In this document: positions 60,831 to 64,000 of the stretch, one piece after another
Position numbering within the stretch: the stretch's first letter is position 1
Layout: every line of letters starts with the position of its first letter
Origin: the human T2T-CHM13v2.0 reference genome, Homo sapiens
Assembly: GCF_009914755.1 (NCBI RefSeq)
Contig: NC_060931.1
Length of the DNA: 64,000 bases
Reading direction: 5' to 3' (one strand)
Position numbers and translations under genes: made by a program
The notes under the pieces: generated by a model
What the model saw: the letters and a program-made list of their open reading frames with translations, nothing else
Told to the model about the DNA's origin: nothing
Database searches by the model: none

Positions 60831-61523
60831 ACTGAGAGGAACATATTTCCTAAATTTATTTTCAAGGAAGTTCAAGAAATAGGATGCTTTGTTTGTTTCA
60901 GTGAATCTTGTGCATCTTCAGACTACATTCTGTGTTTGTTCTCCATTGCACACAAAAAAAGTCTTCTTTAAGGATTTCAAAGTCCCTTTCCTTCCTGTAA
61001 AGGCACAGGGGAAAGATCATGAGCTTTAGAGCCATAAGAGCTAGTGTCAAATCCCTTCTCTACTAGCATGCATTAAAAAATTAACGCATAGGTCTAGGCA
61101 ATGTTCTAAGTCTTTAACATTTACTGATTCATATGATCCTGCAAACCAAAGCAATCCTATGAGGTAGGTCCTATTATCATTTTTATTCTACAGACAAGAA
61201 ACCTAAGGCACAGAGATACTACACAACCTGGTCAAGGTATACAGTGTTGGGATGTGAACCATGCAGTCTGGTTCCAGGGCCTGTGTGTTTGAGTGTGCTG
61301 CTGTAGATCCAACAGATTTCCAAGATTGACTAAGGAATGGGAAAGAAGGAAGGGGGAGGAATCACAGATAACACAAAGGCTTTAGGCTTGCAACTGGGTA
61401 GCTTTAGGTACCATTGTATGGGCTGAGAAACATACTAAGGCAGAGCAGGTTTGGGAGGAAAGAGAATTAGTTCCTTGTGACACATGTTGAATTTGAATTC
61501 TTCAGGTGATAGCCATGAGCAGA

Positions 61524-61822
<299 letters not shown>

Positions 61823-62430
61823 CAGCCATGAGCAGATCTTTAGAGTATCGCTGGACAGATGGGTCTGGAGCTTAAAAGAGATTTTAACAGGAGTTGTATA
61901 TATTTGGGAGTCATTGGTATGCAGTCATGGAAGTAGATACGATGTCTTAAGAATGTTTAGAATTAGAAAAGAAGATGCCTTCCGGAGAACCCTGAGGAAC
62001 ATCAATACTAAGGGGCAGGCAAAGGAGTCATCACAATGGAGATGAGAAGGAGCAGCTAGGAGATGGGAGGGATACACAGGTATAGTATCTCAGTAGAAAG
62101 GCATTTCAAAGGGCAAACAGTGTCAAATGCTATGGAGATCTCAGCAAATGGAGGTCTGAAAAGTGTCCACTGAATGTAGTAACAAGGAGGTCATCAGTGA
62201 CCTTGGAGAGAACTGTTTTGGTAAATTGGTAAGGGCAATAGTCAGAATGCGGAGGGCTGAGGATTGAATATGGTGTGACGATGTGAAGGCAACAAAGAGA
62301 ATTTTAGCAAGAAGATTTGCCTGTGAAGGGAGGAGAGATATCTGGAGATGGATGTGGAATGAAGGAAAAATTTATTTAATTAATTGAATTTTACAAAGCA
62401 AGAAATTTGAGAATACTTAAGTGCTAATGA

Positions 62431-62506
62431 GGCTGGTCTGAAGGTAGTGTTATATCAACTGATTGTTCGCTGCCAGTTATAGATTGAACTCCTTGTTCTA
62501 CTCTTT
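62431..62506 (+). pseudogene. Y1 RNA (RNY1-derived) retropseudogene, 3'-truncated
   Basis: ggctggtctgaaggtagtgttatatcaactgattgttc...gaactccttgttctactcttt matches the 5' ~78 nt of hY1; A-rich tail; TSD tgctaatga at 62422-62430 and 62532-62540. Confidence 0.9.
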
Positions 62507-62668
62507 TTTAAGATTAAAAAAAATTTTTTAATGCTAATGAGGAGAACCTAGGATAAACTGAGAAGCTGTAAAAACCGGAGAGGGAATGATTGGAAATGTG
62601 GAGGGGGCAGATCAAGAACTAAGACGAAGAGTTTAGCCTGAAGAGTAGGAGGGAGATTTTCTTTGTAA

Positions 62669-63167
62669 TGTGAGACAAGGTAGCAAATGTAAGAAGCCAT
62701 GTTTCCTCATTTCTGCTTCTCAGCAGAATTTCACAAAGCCCCTGACTGTGACAATGACACACCGCTACCCTGAAAGATGCTCTGAAGAAAAAACAGGATA
62801 AAGCACACGGCCCCCAGTGTCTCTTGCCTGAGTCAATGTAGTCCATAAAAGATAAATGACCTTAGTCCTTGCCTTTCCCTGCACATAAGATAACATCTGA
62901 CAGAGTTAGTGGTTCTGCTTCTAACATGTATAACCAAATGTACTTTAGAGATCTATAACCAGATGTACTCTTAACACCCAAGCTTTGATGTGATTTTGCA
63001 TGTACTGAACCTCCACCTCCTATATATAAGCAATGGGCTGAAACACTGTGCAGGAGCAGTCTGGCAACCGCTCCTGGGCTATATGTAGTCCTTGGGCCTC
63101 AGTAAGACTTCTGGATAAAACTAACTTTAATTCTTTAAAAGCTTGATTTTTTTTTCTTTAGTTGACA
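62669..63167 (+). mobile_element. ERV solo LTR (~500 bp; family uncertain)
   Basis: TG...tttagttgaCA termini, 4-bp TSD gtaa, TATA-like tatatataa at 63021 and a PAS-like gataaa near 63115. Confidence 0.75.
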
Positions 63168-63654
63168 GTAACAAGGGATAAGAGAGGAATGAGAAGGAAG
63201 ATAAGATTTTAGATTCAGTGGTGGGAAATTGAAGGAGTTCTTGATGATTTTTTCTCCCAAGTAGGAGGCCTTATCACTTTCAGAGTGTGGGAAACAGTGG
63301 AGTCAGTTAAAACAAACTCAATAGAGTTCAAGGCTGAACTGACTGAATAAAGAGAAGAAATTCCAGGCACCGTGTGAGGGCCCATTAATTAATTCACTGT
63401 GGCACCAACCTGCAGAATTGAGTGTTTTCTCCAGGTAAGTGGTAGGTTTGAAGAAAGTAGAGAGCTATAGAGGGCCTAGAGTTGAGGTTTTGACAGGTGG
63501 GCCCAGTGAAAGACAATGGGAATTACAGATGAAGATATTGGTAGGAAAGGGGCTAAAATGATGGACAGTGCATGGAGTCTAGCCAAGGATCCAGGAGAAG
63601 GCAGAGGGGAGCTGGTAAAGCAAGGGTAGTGAGTTCAGGGACTTTAAATTCTAG

Positions 63655-64000
63655 TTAACGCTTGTCCTCTGTTGTCTCTCACTTGCTCTGATGGAAACCA
63701 GCTGTTATGTTGTGAGTTGCCCTATGGAGAGACCCATGTAGAAGGAAACTGAACCACTGAAAAACTGAGGCTCTTAGTCCAACATCTTGAGGAACTGAAT
63801 TCTGTCAGCAACTATGAGTGAGCTTGGGAAGCAATCTACCTTCAGTCAGAGGAGGACCTTCAGATGAGACCACAGTCCCCTTCCCAACTCCCCTTGACAC
63901 CTTGACTGCAGCTTTATAAGAGAAGACCTGGAGGAAAAGGCAGGCACCCACCCCAGATTCCTTACCCACAAAAACTGTGAGATAAATGCTTATTGTTTTC
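63655..64000 (+). mobile_element. MLT1-type MaLR LTR, cut by the window end
   Basis: ccagattcct-acccaca-aaactgtgagataaatg-ttattgtttt 3' motif. Confidence 0.75.

Overview
Human (primate) genomic DNA from the ARF5-FSCN3-PAX4 locus (7q32.1). From recall of the locus, GCC1 should lie just left of the window and SND1 just right; neither is visible here. Three intact spliced genes can be rebuilt from splice sites and reading frame. ARF5 (+) has 6 coding exons, 180 aa and a CpG-island promoter. FSCN3 (+) has 6 coding exons, 498 aa, one GC-AG intron, a stop codon directly on a donor and a non-coding last exon. PAX4 (-) has 10 coding exons and 351 aa, an alternative 350-aa C-terminus, and an upstream E-box/HNF1/HNF4 endocrine enhancer near 33.7 kb. 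The rest is repeat-rich intergenic DNA: about 35 Alus, a full-length Tigger1 carrying three Alus, solo LTRs, old L1/L2/MIR, a 3'-truncated Y1 RNA retrocopy and microsatellites. I see no evidence of a new multi-gene system. The best unexplained signals are small: a candidate in-frame FSCN3 cassette exon created by a 38-bp duplication next to a composite UG-repeat VNTR, a possible ARF5-to-FSCN3 read-through/NMD splice path, and a 34-bp insertion apparently copied from 3.4 kb away. Repeat subfamily names are from memory of consensus sequences and need Dfam/RepeatMasker confirmation.
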